Source: an uncultured delta proteobacterium (lineage in GTDB: Bacteria > Desulfobacterota > Desulfobacteria > Desulfobacterales > Desulfosalsimonadaceae). From it: DNA of 64,000 nucleotides. The stretch lies in the NCBI GenBank assembly GCA_963826785.1, contig CAWGYD010000006.1, positions 640,001 through 704,000 on the forward strand, written 5' to 3'. A program made the translations under genes and the position numbers. A model generated the notes under the pieces. It was given only the letters and a program-made list of their open reading frames with translations. It was not told the DNA's origin and ran no database searches. Numbering within the stretch: position 1 is the stretch's first letter; each line of letters opens with the position of its first letter. Positions 31,601 to 40,431 of the stretch are shown here, in pieces.

Positions 31601-32336
31601 TACTGCATCCGATGGCCCAATGGGCCTCCTTCTTCATCTTTGCCTTTATCTCCGTGGCCGGCGCCGTCGGGATGGCTACCACCATGAGCATGTTCCGGTC
31701 CGGCATTTTCCTGATGGCCTCCTTCATCGGGGTGGCGGGCCTGTTTATCCTGCTGCTGGCCGACCTGCTGGCCCTGCTGCAGGTGATGATGTACATCGGC
31801 GGCATGCTGGTGATGATCCTGTTCATGGTGATGTTTTCACACGATCCCGGCGGCTCCATGATGGCGGGGATGAACATGTCCCCGGTGGAGGATTTCTTCT
31901 CCGCGGGCATCGTCCCCGAAAAGATGGAGCATATGGACATGAAAGGGATGTCCATGACCACCCCGGTAAAAAAACTGGCAGCGGTCATCGGGGTGATCAC
32001 CGGAATGGTACTGGTGGCCCTGCTGCTGCTCCAGCCAGTCTGGAAGGTGGCCCAACACCTCCCGGAAACCGATTCGGCAAAAAAAGTGGGAGACCTGCTC
32101 ATGGGCAAATACATGATGGCCTTCGAAGGGGCCGGCGGGCTGATTCTCATCGGTATTTTCGGCGCGGTGCTGATGGGGCGCGCCGGCCGGTTCTCAAATG
32201 ATCCCGGCCGGGAAGACCGTGCGGGGAAAAAAGGCGATCCCCAGCCCATCGACGAAGACCGGCTCGAACCGGTCCGGCCCCTGCCCGTTTCCGGAGAAAT
32301 CAAATTCCCGACACCCACAGGGATGACATGCCATGA
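31597..32336 (+). CDS. nuoJ: NuoJ-like subunit with Met-rich loop; probable 1-nt deletion ~32298, restored end ...QIPDTHRDDMP*
   Basis: LALLQVMMYIGGMLVMILFMVM, GKYMMAFE..LILIG; restored TGA overlaps nuoK ATG. Confidence 0.8.
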
Positions 32337-32647
32337 TGACCATCCCCATTACCCCATATCTTGTCGTGGCGGCCATCCTCTTTGCCGTGGGGATATATGC
32401 CGTCATCGCCCAGCGGACGGCCGTGATGATCCTGATGGGAATCGAGGTGCTGCTCAATGCGGTGGGGCTCAACATCGTGACCTTCTGGCGCTTCGTGAAT
32501 CCCGGTGATTACAGCGGCCAGATGTTTCTCATCATCATCGTCACCGTGGGGGCGGTGGAAATGGGCGTGGGGCTGGCCATCATGATGCTTTTGTACCGCA
32601 ACCGCAAGACGGTTCAGGTGGACAAGTTCACGGAACTCAAAGGATGA
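32333..32647 (+). CDS. nuoK: NuoK-like subunit
   Basis: MGIEVLLNAV, GQMF, GAVEMGVGLAI...LKG. Confidence 0.9.
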   Translation: MMTIPITPYLVVAAILFAVGIYAVIAQRTAVMILMGIEVLLNAVGLNIVTFWRFVNPGDYSGQMFLIIIVTVGAVEMGVGLAIMMLLYRNRKTVQVDKFTELKG

Positions 32648-34605
32648 ACGGGCTTTTGCTCATAGCGGTGCCCGTATTTCCCCTGGCGGCCGCACTGGTC
32701 ATTGCCGCCTCCGGCCCAAGGCTTGCCCGGATCGGGGGCCGAATCGGGGGATGGATCAGCACGGCTGCAACCGCCGCCTCACTGATCAGCCTGTACTTCC
32801 TGTCGGGAAATGTCCCGGTAAAATTAGATGCCCGATGGGGCGTCGGGGGCGCATATGAGCTCACCGTGGGGCTCCTGCTCGATTCGCTTTCGTTTTATAC
32901 CGCCATATTCGTTGCGGCAGTGGCGTTTTTCGTCAATCTCCATGCAGTGGGGTACATGGGCAAAGATCCGGGCCGGTCCCGGTTTTTCGCCCAGATGGCC
33001 TTTTTTACCGGCGCCATGCTGATGCTGGTGCTGGCCGGTTCCTTTATCGTCCTGTTTGCCGCCTGGGAATGGGTGGGGCTGGCCTCTTTTCTGCTCATCG
33101 GGTTCTGGTACGACCGGAAGGAGACGCCCGGGGCGGCGAGAAACGCATTTTTGATCACCCGGACGGGGGATGCGGGGTTCCTCCTGGGATGGCTGCTGGC
33201 CCTGTTCCTGGCCCACACCACGGATATGGGGGGATTTCTGGAAAAAGTGGGGGATGGTTCGGCTGCTCCCGGAATGCTGACACTGGTCGCGCTTCTGCTG
33301 CTGGCAGGGGCCGCGGGAAAAAGCGCGCAATTGCCGCTTTCCGCCTGGTTGCCGCCGGCCATGGCCGGCCCCACCCCGGTCTCCGCCCTGATCCATTCGG
33401 CCACCATGGCCGCGGCCGGGGTTTACCTGATCCTGCGCCTCTATCCGCTCTTTCAGGCGGCCCCCCACGTGTTGACCGTCATTTTATGGATGGGGGCGGC
33501 AACCGCACTTTTCGCGGCATTGACCGCCACCGTGCAGAACGATCTCAAACGGATTCTGGCCTGGTCCACCATTTCACAACTGGGCGAAATGTTTTTTGCC
33601 CTGGGCCTGGCCGGACCCCTGGCGGCCCTGTTTCACCTGACCACCCATGGGTTTTTCAAGGCCACCCTGTTTTTGGCTGCCGGTTCCGTAGAGCATGGCG
33701 CAAAGACCCGCGATATTTCCAGGACGGGACGCCTGTGGCGAAAAATGCCGGCAACCGCGACCATATTTGCCCTTTCGGGTCTGGCCCTTTCCGGCATCTG
33801 GCCCTTTTCCGGTTTTTTCAGCGAGGACCGGATACTGGCCATGGCTGCATCCCGGGGAACCTTTTACCCCGTGTTCCTGGTGCTGCTGATCGCCATTTCC
33901 GGCATTTACATCAGCCGGGCCGCCATGGCCGTTTTCGGCCCCTGGCCCGGGGCACCGGCCCCCAGGGCCAGCGAACCGGGCAGGGTGGTTCTGTTTGCAA
34001 TGTCGGGGCTGGCCATTTTTGCCGCGGGTGCCGGTTGGGCATTGTCGGGCAGGATCGGGCATCTGGTGGCGTTTGTGCAAGGCCCCGAACTGGCCCTGTA
34101 CTGGAAAATTGCAGCTGTTCTGGCGGGCCTGGCCGGTATCGGGTACGGCGCCGGGCATGTATTCCGATACGGCCCCCGGCCGGCGCTGGGAGAAATTTTT
34201 TCCCTTCTGGAGAGAAATCTGAACAGGGGCACGCAAGGATTTGGCCGCATGGCCATTCTTGGCGCATCCGGGTTGACGGCATGTGAACGGGGGCTGGACC
34301 GGGCGGCAGGGGCCGTAAAGAAGCTGTCTCTGGATACCGCGGCGGTAGTGACCGTCCTTGAGGAAAACCTGGACCGGGGTGCCCGGGCGGCCACAGGATG
34401 GACCCTGAAAACCGCTCTCGGGGTGGACAGGATCGAACTGGCCGGATTTGCCCTCGGGATGAACCGTTTTGCCGGCCTGCTCGGGCGGTCGGGGGGCCGG
34501 CTTGTGCAGCTGCAGTCAGGCAAGCTCTATCTCTATACGCTGGGCCTTTTCATCTGGGCGCTTCTGGTGGCGCTCGGCGGATTCCTGGTCTGGTTTGCCC
34601 TTTAG
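32644..34605 (+). CDS. nuoL: NuoL-like antiporter subunit with extended repetitive transverse helix
   Basis: WEWVG, ITRTGD, GKSAQLPL..WLP.AM.GPTPVSALIHSATM, HGFFKATLF, LQSG..Y. Confidence 0.88.
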   Translation: MNGLLLIAVPVFPLAAALVIAASGPRLARIGGRIGGWISTAATAASLISLYFLSGNVPVKLDARWGVGGAYELTVGLLLDSLSFYTAIFVAAVAFFVNLHAVGYMGKDPGRSRFFAQMAFFTGAMLMLVLAGSFIVLFAAWEWVGLASFLLIGFWYDRKETPGAARNAFLITRTGDAGFLLGWLLALFLAHTTDMGGFLEKVGDGSAAPGMLTLVALLLLAGAAGKSAQLPLSAWLPPAMAGPTPVSALIHSATMAAAGVYLILRLYPLFQAAPHVLTVILWMGAATALFAALTATVQNDLKRILAWSTISQLGEMFFALGLAGPLAALFHLTTHGFFKATLFLAAGSVEHGAKTRDISRTGRLWRKMPATATIFALSGLALSGIWPFSGFFSEDRILAMAASRGTFYPVFLVLLIAISGIYISRAAMAVFGPWPGAPAPRASEPGRVVLFAMSGLAIFAAGAGWALSGRIGHLVAFVQGPELALYWKIAAVLAGLAGIGYGAGHVFRYGPRPALGEIFSLLERNLNRGTQGFGRMAILGASGLTACERGLDRAAGAVKKLSLDTAAVVTVLEENLDRGARAATGWTLKTALGVDRIELAGFALGMNRFAGLLGRSGGRLVQLQSGKLYLYTLGLFIWALLVALGGFLVWFAL

Positions 34606-34620
34606 CGCAAGGAGAAGAAC

Positions 34621-36102
34621 ATGCTCAATCTCACCATATTTTTTCCTATGCTGGCCGGGCTGGCCCTGCTGGTTCTGCCGGGTTCAAAACCGGAATGGGT
34701 CCGGCGGGGGGCGTTGGCGACAGCAGGGCTGAACCTCGTTTTCAGCCTGGTCTTGTGGTTCGGCTACGATCCGGCCGGTTCGATCCTCCAATGGCGCACC
34801 ACCGCTGCATGGATCCCCAGCATCGGGGCTTCCTATGACGTGGCGGTGGATGGAATTTCCCTGCCGCTGATTGCGCTGACCGCCCTGCTGACATTTCTGG
34901 TGATGATTTACGTGCTGCCGCAGAAAGATAAGGTCAAGGCGCACGCCCTTTTGTTTCTGTTGATGGAGACCGGCCTCATCGGCCTGTTCTCGGCCCGGGA
35001 CCTGCTGCTGTTCTACCTGTTTTTCGAGGTGGGCCTGGTCCCCATGTATTTCATCATCGGCATCTACGGCCACGAGCAGCGCCGGTATGCGGCCGTCAAG
35101 TTCTTCCTGTACACCCGGGCAGGGTCCCTGTTCATGCTCCTTTCCTTCCTGGGGCTCTATCTCAACACGGACCCGCTCACTTTTTCCCTGGCGGACATCA
35201 TCGCGGCCCGCCCGTTTGCCGGCCGGCCGGTGGCCGCCGCCCTGGCCTTTGCCGGCATGCTGCTGGGATTCGGGGTGAAAATCCCCACCTTCCCCATCCA
35301 CAACTGGCTGCCGGATGCCCATGTGGAGGCCCCCACCGAGGGGAGCGTCATCCTGGCGGGAATTCAGCTGAAGATGGGCGGATACGGGCTGATCCGGATC
35401 CTGCTGCCCATCCTGCCGGAAACGGCCAGGCAATATGGATGGGTGCTGCTGGCCCTGGCGGTGGTTTCCCTGTTGTACGGGGCGCTGGCCGCATTGGCCC
35501 AGAATGATTTCAAACGCCTCATCGCGTATTCCTCCATCAACCACATGGGTTACGTGATGCTGGGGGCGGCCGTATGGGCCCTGTCGGAAAATCCCGACAT
35601 CCGTCAGCTGGGGTTGAATGGTGCGGTCTACCAGATGGTTAGCCATGGTCTGCTCACCGGCGGGATGTTTTTCATGGTCGGCATCCTCCAGGATGCCTCG
35701 GGCACCCGTGACCTGAGCCGCTTCGGGGGATTGATGGGCCGGCTTCCCCTGTACTCCGGTCTGCTGGGGCTGCTTGCGTTCGGCTCCCTGGGGCTTCCCG
35801 GCCTGTCGGGGTTTGTGGCGGAATTCCAGGTGATCGGCGCCACGGTGGATTTTCGGCTCTGGGCGGCCATTCTGGTGGTCATTTCACTGATCATCACCAC
35901 GGCCGTATATCTGAAGGTGCTGGTGGCGATCATGATGGGGGAGCCGGCGGCGGACCTGCCGGCCATGCATGACATGGGGGCGGGGCAGACGTGGGCGGTG
36001 GCGCCACTGGCGTTTTTGTCCCTGCTGATCGGCATCCTTCCCTATTACCTGCTGCAGGTGATCGCCGGAACCACCCGGTGGATTTCCCGGATCGGGATCT
36101 GA
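34621..36102 (+). CDS. nuoM: NuoM-like antiporter subunit
   Basis: DGISLPL, FFEVGLVPMY, KIPTFPIHNWLPDAHVEAP, LKMGGYG, GFVAEF. Confidence 0.9.
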   Translation: MLNLTIFFPMLAGLALLVLPGSKPEWVRRGALATAGLNLVFSLVLWFGYDPAGSILQWRTTAAWIPSIGASYDVAVDGISLPLIALTALLTFLVMIYVLPQKDKVKAHALLFLLMETGLIGLFSARDLLLFYLFFEVGLVPMYFIIGIYGHEQRRYAAVKFFLYTRAGSLFMLLSFLGLYLNTDPLTFSLADIIAARPFAGRPVAAALAFAGMLLGFGVKIPTFPIHNWLPDAHVEAPTEGSVILAGIQLKMGGYGLIRILLPILPETARQYGWVLLALAVVSLLYGALAALAQNDFKRLIAYSSINHMGYVMLGAAVWALSENPDIRQLGLNGAVYQMVSHGLLTGGMFFMVGILQDASGTRDLSRFGGLMGRLPLYSGLLGLLAFGSLGLPGLSGFVAEFQVIGATVDFRLWAAILVVISLIITTAVYLKVLVAIMMGEPAADLPAMHDMGAGQTWAVAPLAFLSLLIGILPYYLLQVIAGTTRWISRIGI

Positions 36103-36103
36103 T

Positions 36104-37555
36104 ATGGGCGGCGGCGCATGCCCCATGGAACTCTGGGCCATTTACCCGGAGCTGGTCATTGCGGGACTGGCCCTGGCCCTGGTGCCGGTGGCCGGTTGGG
36201 TCCGGGGCCGCGGTGTTCAAGTGCCGGTTTTAACCGCCATGGCGGGTGTTGTTCTGGCCATGGGGCTGACCGCGCGCATGCTTGGCTGGGCACCCATGTC
36301 CATTTTCTGCGGCACCTATGCGGTGGACGGTTTCGGTAACGGGTTCAAGCTTATCATCGAGGCCGGGGCGCTGATTACCCTGATCCTCTGCCGGGCTTAT
36401 TTCCGGGATCACGCGCAGTTGGCCCACGCCCCGCCGGCCATCCTGTTTTCCACCCTGGGATGCATGGGGCTTGCCTCAAGCCTGGATCTGGTTCTGATCG
36501 TTTTGTTTCTCCAGATGCTTTCCCTGGCCTCCTACCTCCTGGTGGGACTGCGGCGCGACGATCCCCTGGCCAATGAAGCCATGCTCAAGTATTTTATCTA
36601 TGCGGCTGCCGCCCTGGCCATCATGGCCTATGGCCTCACCTTCCTATATGGTTTGACCGGCAGCCTGAACATCAACCGGATCGGTGCGCTTCTTACGCAA
36701 CAAGGGCCCGGGGTCTGGCTGGCGGTGTCCCTGGGGCTGCTGCTGATGGGGTATGCATTTGAAATGACGGTGGTGCCGTTTCATTTCTGGGCACCCGATG
36801 TCTACCAGGGAAGCAGCGCCCCCATCGCCGCCTTTTTGTCTGTGGTGCCCAAGGTGGCCGGGTTTGCGGGGTTATTGCGTCTGCTGCTGGCCGTGTACGC
36901 CGGGGGAAGGGTCCACTGGCCCGACCTGATGGCCGTCCTGGCGGCCGTCACCATGGTGCTGGGCAACCTGGCCGCCCTGCGGCAGAAACGGTTGAAGCGC
37001 CTGCTGGCCTACTCCAGCATCGCCCAGGCCGGGTATATGCTCATGGCACTGGCGGCGGCCGAAACCGTTCCCGGGGCTGTCAGCGCGATGGGATATTACC
37101 TGGCGGCGTACCTGTTCATGAATTTCGGTGCCTTTGCCGTGGTCTCCCAGGTGGAAAGAACCTTTGGCACCGACAGCCTCGACGCGGTAAAAGGGCTTGG
37201 CCGCATCGCCCCGTTTCCTTCGGCCGTGCTCGCCCTTTCCCTGCTGTCCCTGGCCGGCATTCCGCCCCTTGCGGGATTTGCCGGAAAAATCCTGCTGCTG
37301 GCCGCGGCCATGAAAGCCAATTACCTGTGGCTGGCGATCCTTGCCGTGATCAATATGACCGTGGCGCTTTACTATTATGTCGCCGTTATCGCCCATCTCT
37401 ACACCCGTGCGCCTGACCCCGGCCTTCTGCTTCCGGAAACGGGTCGGGAATACAGCCTTGCGGCCGGGATCTGCCTGGCCGGCACCCTTTTGTTCGGCAT
37501 CTTCCCTGAACTGCTCCTGTCGCTTACCCGCTTCCTGCCCAAACTGATGCATTAA
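36104..37555 (+). CDS. nuoN: NuoN-like antiporter subunit with altered charged pair
   Basis: EAMLKYF, VPFHFWAPDVYQG, PKVAGF, KRLLAYSSIAQAGY, GIPPLAGFAGK. Confidence 0.88.
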   Translation: MGGGACPMELWAIYPELVIAGLALALVPVAGWVRGRGVQVPVLTAMAGVVLAMGLTARMLGWAPMSIFCGTYAVDGFGNGFKLIIEAGALITLILCRAYFRDHAQLAHAPPAILFSTLGCMGLASSLDLVLIVLFLQMLSLASYLLVGLRRDDPLANEAMLKYFIYAAAALAIMAYGLTFLYGLTGSLNINRIGALLTQQGPGVWLAVSLGLLLMGYAFEMTVVPFHFWAPDVYQGSSAPIAAFLSVVPKVAGFAGLLRLLLAVYAGGRVHWPDLMAVLAAVTMVLGNLAALRQKRLKRLLAYSSIAQAGYMLMALAAAETVPGAVSAMGYYLAAYLFMNFGAFAVVSQVERTFGTDSLDAVKGLGRIAPFPSAVLALSLLSLAGIPPLAGFAGKILLLAAAMKANYLWLAILAVINMTVALYYYVAVIAHLYTRAPDPGLLLPETGREYSLAAGICLAGTLLFGIFPELLLSLTRFLPKLMH

Positions 37556-37918
37556 TGCCATTTGATGATTATTGTATGATCTGAGGGAATGAAAAAGAAC
37601 GGCAATGGGTGTTAAAAAAGGTAAACCAGGAGTTCATATGCCCGGGTCAATTGCTTATCGATCTAAGGTGAAATTTAAAAAATTCAAAAAAGATCAGGGG
37701 TGCCAAATTTTTCATCAGCGAATGAAAAGAGTGATTATAATTGATATCTTCACCGGATGAAGTGGATTCAAAAATTATTTTTGCAAGCCACGCGGCACAT
37801 TTCGGCATTGCACGGTCAACAGACTGGCCGTATATTTATGAACAATCATTCAACTCTATGTATCCGCTGCGGTCATTTCAGCTTGAGGCGGAAAATATAA
37901 ATGCAAGGGAGAACAATA

Positions 37919-38359
37919 ATGGCAAGCAAAACATTGAAAATTGGGATTATGCCCCGAGAAGAATATAGAAAACGATCCATCGCCATAGCGAGAGGCGAAT
38001 ATGAACCCAAAAGAACCGAACCGAAAGTCTGGTTTGATTCCATCAAATCCATGGCGCAGATTCTGAGCAGCGAAAACCGTGAACTCCTGAAGGTCATCAA
38101 AGAGCGAAAACCCGCCTCTTTAAAAGAACTGGAGATGGCCACCGGAAGAAGGCGAAGCAACCTGTCACGCACATTGAATACCATGCAGCGTTATGGCATC
38201 GTCGAAATGGTCCGGCAGAACCGGGCGGTTCGACCGATTGTCAAGGCTACTGAATTCAAGGTGGAATTCGGCCTCGATCAGAATTACACCCGTATGGAGC
38301 GGGAGCGGCCCAGCAAGCGCCGCTACAAAAAAGAAGCCGTGGGCCGGGAAAAACGGTAG
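37919..38359 (+). CDS. HTH DNA-binding protein (HVO_A0114/antitoxin-like)
   Basis: LKIGIM...VWFDSIKSMAQILSSENRELL..I....PASLKELE..TGR..SNLSRTL. Confidence 0.75.
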   Translation: MASKTLKIGIMPREEYRKRSIAIARGEYEPKRTEPKVWFDSIKSMAQILSSENRELLKVIKERKPASLKELEMATGRRRSNLSRTLNTMQRYGIVEMVRQNRAVRPIVKATEFKVEFGLDQNYTRMERERPSKRRYKKEAVGREKR

Positions 38360-38450
38360 TCTGCCGATCTCATTTCCTTCGCATTCAAAGTGCGGCCAGA
38401 CAGTTCCCGGCTGAGCATGCCGGTGGGGATCCAGTTGTAGCAATCGGATA

Positions 38451-39689
38451 TCAGGTCAGATCCGTTTCCGCAGCACGGGAATGCTTCTCATAGAGCAGGG
38501 TCATGGGGGTGGCGGTGACCCCGTGGGCCAGAATCGAGGCGCAGATTACCAGGGTGCCGATGGACCAGATCATTTCCATGTTGGTTTTGCGGTAAGCAAA
38601 AGAGATGTAATAAAGTGAGGAAATGCCGATGGGACCGAACCAGCCGATAAACAGTCGGTCCCGGAAAGAGGTGAGTGGACGGAAATAGCGGCCGAATAAA
38701 AATATCCCCGGCAGCCGTCTGAACGCCAGTATGAGCAGGCAGAGCACAATGCCGGCCGATCCGAGATCCATCCACAGATCCCACGGAATCACCATTCCCA
38801 GCAGGACAAAGACGGGAATGGTGAAATAATTGTTCACCGCTTCCTGTACCCGGATATCCTCCACCTGGGCGTGCTCCTTCACCCTCATTTTGAAGGCCAG
38901 TCCGGCGATAAAGACGGCGAAGATGCCGTCACTGCGGATGAGTTTGGCCGCCCCCAGGGCGAGCAGGGCCATTGCCACGGAATACCCCAGGATATGAATT
39001 TCGGCGATCCACTCATATTTGCGCGTCACACGCAGGATCGATCCTGTCAGAAAGCCGATGGCGCCTCCGATCAGGGCGGCGACCCCGACTTCCCACAGGA
39101 TCACCCCGACCACCCCCCACGGCAGAATCGATTTGACCGAATGCCCCATGACCAGCAGCGGAAAAAGGACCAGCACATAGGCCAGTCCGTCATTGCTGGC
39201 GGATTCCGCGGATAAAAAATGGCGAAGCCGTCCGGGGATGGAGCGGTCGGCCAGTTTGCCGGTCACGATTGACGATGCCAGTACGGGATCGGTGGGCGTC
39301 AGCGCCGTTCCGATCAGCATGGCCACCCAGAAAGGGAGATCGAGGAAGAAGAAGGTCATCAGTCCGGCAGCGGCTGCCATGAACGGCATCATTAAAAGGA
39401 GTATCAAAACGATGGAGCCCGCGTATTGACGCAGGAAATCACCGGGGATGCGCAGGGCTACGCTCACCAGTGCAATCCCCAGGGTGATCCGGGAGAGTTC
39501 TTCCACGATGTCCATCCTGAGCTGCCAGCTGCCGGGATGAACCAGCTGGAAACCGGCCGGACCGATGGCCACGCCCAGAACCAGGGCCAGAAGCGGAACG
39601 GAGAGATACAGCCGCTGAAAACCCGAATAGGTTCCCAGCAGGATGAGAATGGCGGCAAAAAGGGTATAAAGCAGGTTTATATCGTGCAT
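38451..39689 (-). CDS. Cation:proton antiporter (CPA1, NhaP/Nha1-like)
   Basis: LTPTDPVLASSIV, AESASNDG, FIGWFGPIG; start ATG 39689. Confidence 0.88.
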   Translation of the reverse strand: MHDINLLYTLFAAILILLGTYSGFQRLYLSVPLLALVLGVAIGPAGFQLVHPGSWQLRMDIVEELSRITLGIALVSVALRIPGDFLRQYAGSIVLILLLMMPFMAAAAGLMTFFFLDLPFWVAMLIGTALTPTDPVLASSIVTGKLADRSIPGRLRHFLSAESASNDGLAYVLVLFPLLVMGHSVKSILPWGVVGVILWEVGVAALIGGAIGFLTGSILRVTRKYEWIAEIHILGYSVAMALLALGAAKLIRSDGIFAVFIAGLAFKMRVKEHAQVEDIRVQEAVNNYFTIPVFVLLGMVIPWDLWMDLGSAGIVLCLLILAFRRLPGIFLFGRYFRPLTSFRDRLFIGWFGPIGISSLYYISFAYRKTNMEMIWSIGTLVICASILAHGVTATPMTLLYEKHSRAAETDLT

Positions 39690-39723
39690 GGCCTTTTTGT
39701 CAGGTGCATACCCGCATTCAGGA

Positions 39724-40212
39724 TCAGAAAACCGTTCCCACGCCCAGGCCGAAGCTGATGCGGGGAAATCCCCCGGACTCGGGCTTCCATGTCCAGATGC
39801 GGCCGTTGATGACCGGGTATACATACCTGTAGTCGCCGATGGGCCGGGTTTCACCCCCCTCGATTTCACCGGCCGCGGTAACCAGCGTTCCCGGTTGATA
39901 CACCGCCGGATCCAGAAACTGATCCGAGACGACCCGGAAACGACCGCCGGTGTTTTTTTCCGTCTGGGGCCGGAAGTCCGAGTCCAGCGGATACTGGAGA
40001 ACGGTCATGACGGACCCTTTTTCCCGGTTCTCCACTGAGATCACCGCTCCTCCCAGTATGGCAAATTCGCCTTTAAAACGTTGTGGCGATGCCTGCAGGG
40101 TTTTGAAGTCGCCTTTGTAGGTGACTCTTGAGGTCACTTCCCTGGGTATTTTTGCTGCACAGCCGATGAACAGTCCGACTGTCAACAGTATGATGATCAT
40201 CTTTATTCGCAT
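39724..40212 (-). CDS. Slp family outer-membrane lipoprotein
   Basis: Lipobox FIGC; LGG.VI..EN, LQYPLD...RP, GRF....FLDPAVY..G..VT, Y.YP. Confidence 0.85.
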   Translation of the reverse strand: MRIKMIIILLTVGLFIGCAAKIPREVTSRVTYKGDFKTLQASPQRFKGEFAILGGAVISVENREKGSVMTVLQYPLDSDFRPQTEKNTGGRFRVVSDQFLDPAVYQPGTLVTAAGEIEGGETRPIGDYRYVYPVINGRIWTWKPESGGFPRISFGLGVGTVF

Positions 40213-40431
40213 CTGTCTTGTGCCTCCTTATCCCCATTTTTTGCAGATAAATAATGGGGTGGCAAACGGTCTGTGTCAAACCGCCTGCATGATTCGCCTT
40301 TATCGGGCAAATAGCGTCAGCAGATGATGAAAAAGCGAACGTTCGTTCTTTTTATTGACAACCGCACCCTGGTTAATGGAAAATGAAAAACGGGGATCGA
40401 GACAATCTTTCATTTTAATACGGGGGCGGAC

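Noticed and set aside
32333..32508. 176-nt nuoJ/nuoK overlapping-gene arrangement
   Set aside because: One missing A near 32298 restores a normal ATGA-coupled stop; likely an indel error
30381..37555. Calling the operon Mrp or a DAB carbon pump
   Set aside because: No MrpE/F/G and no DabA (DUF2309) gene; NuoA and NuoH homologues present
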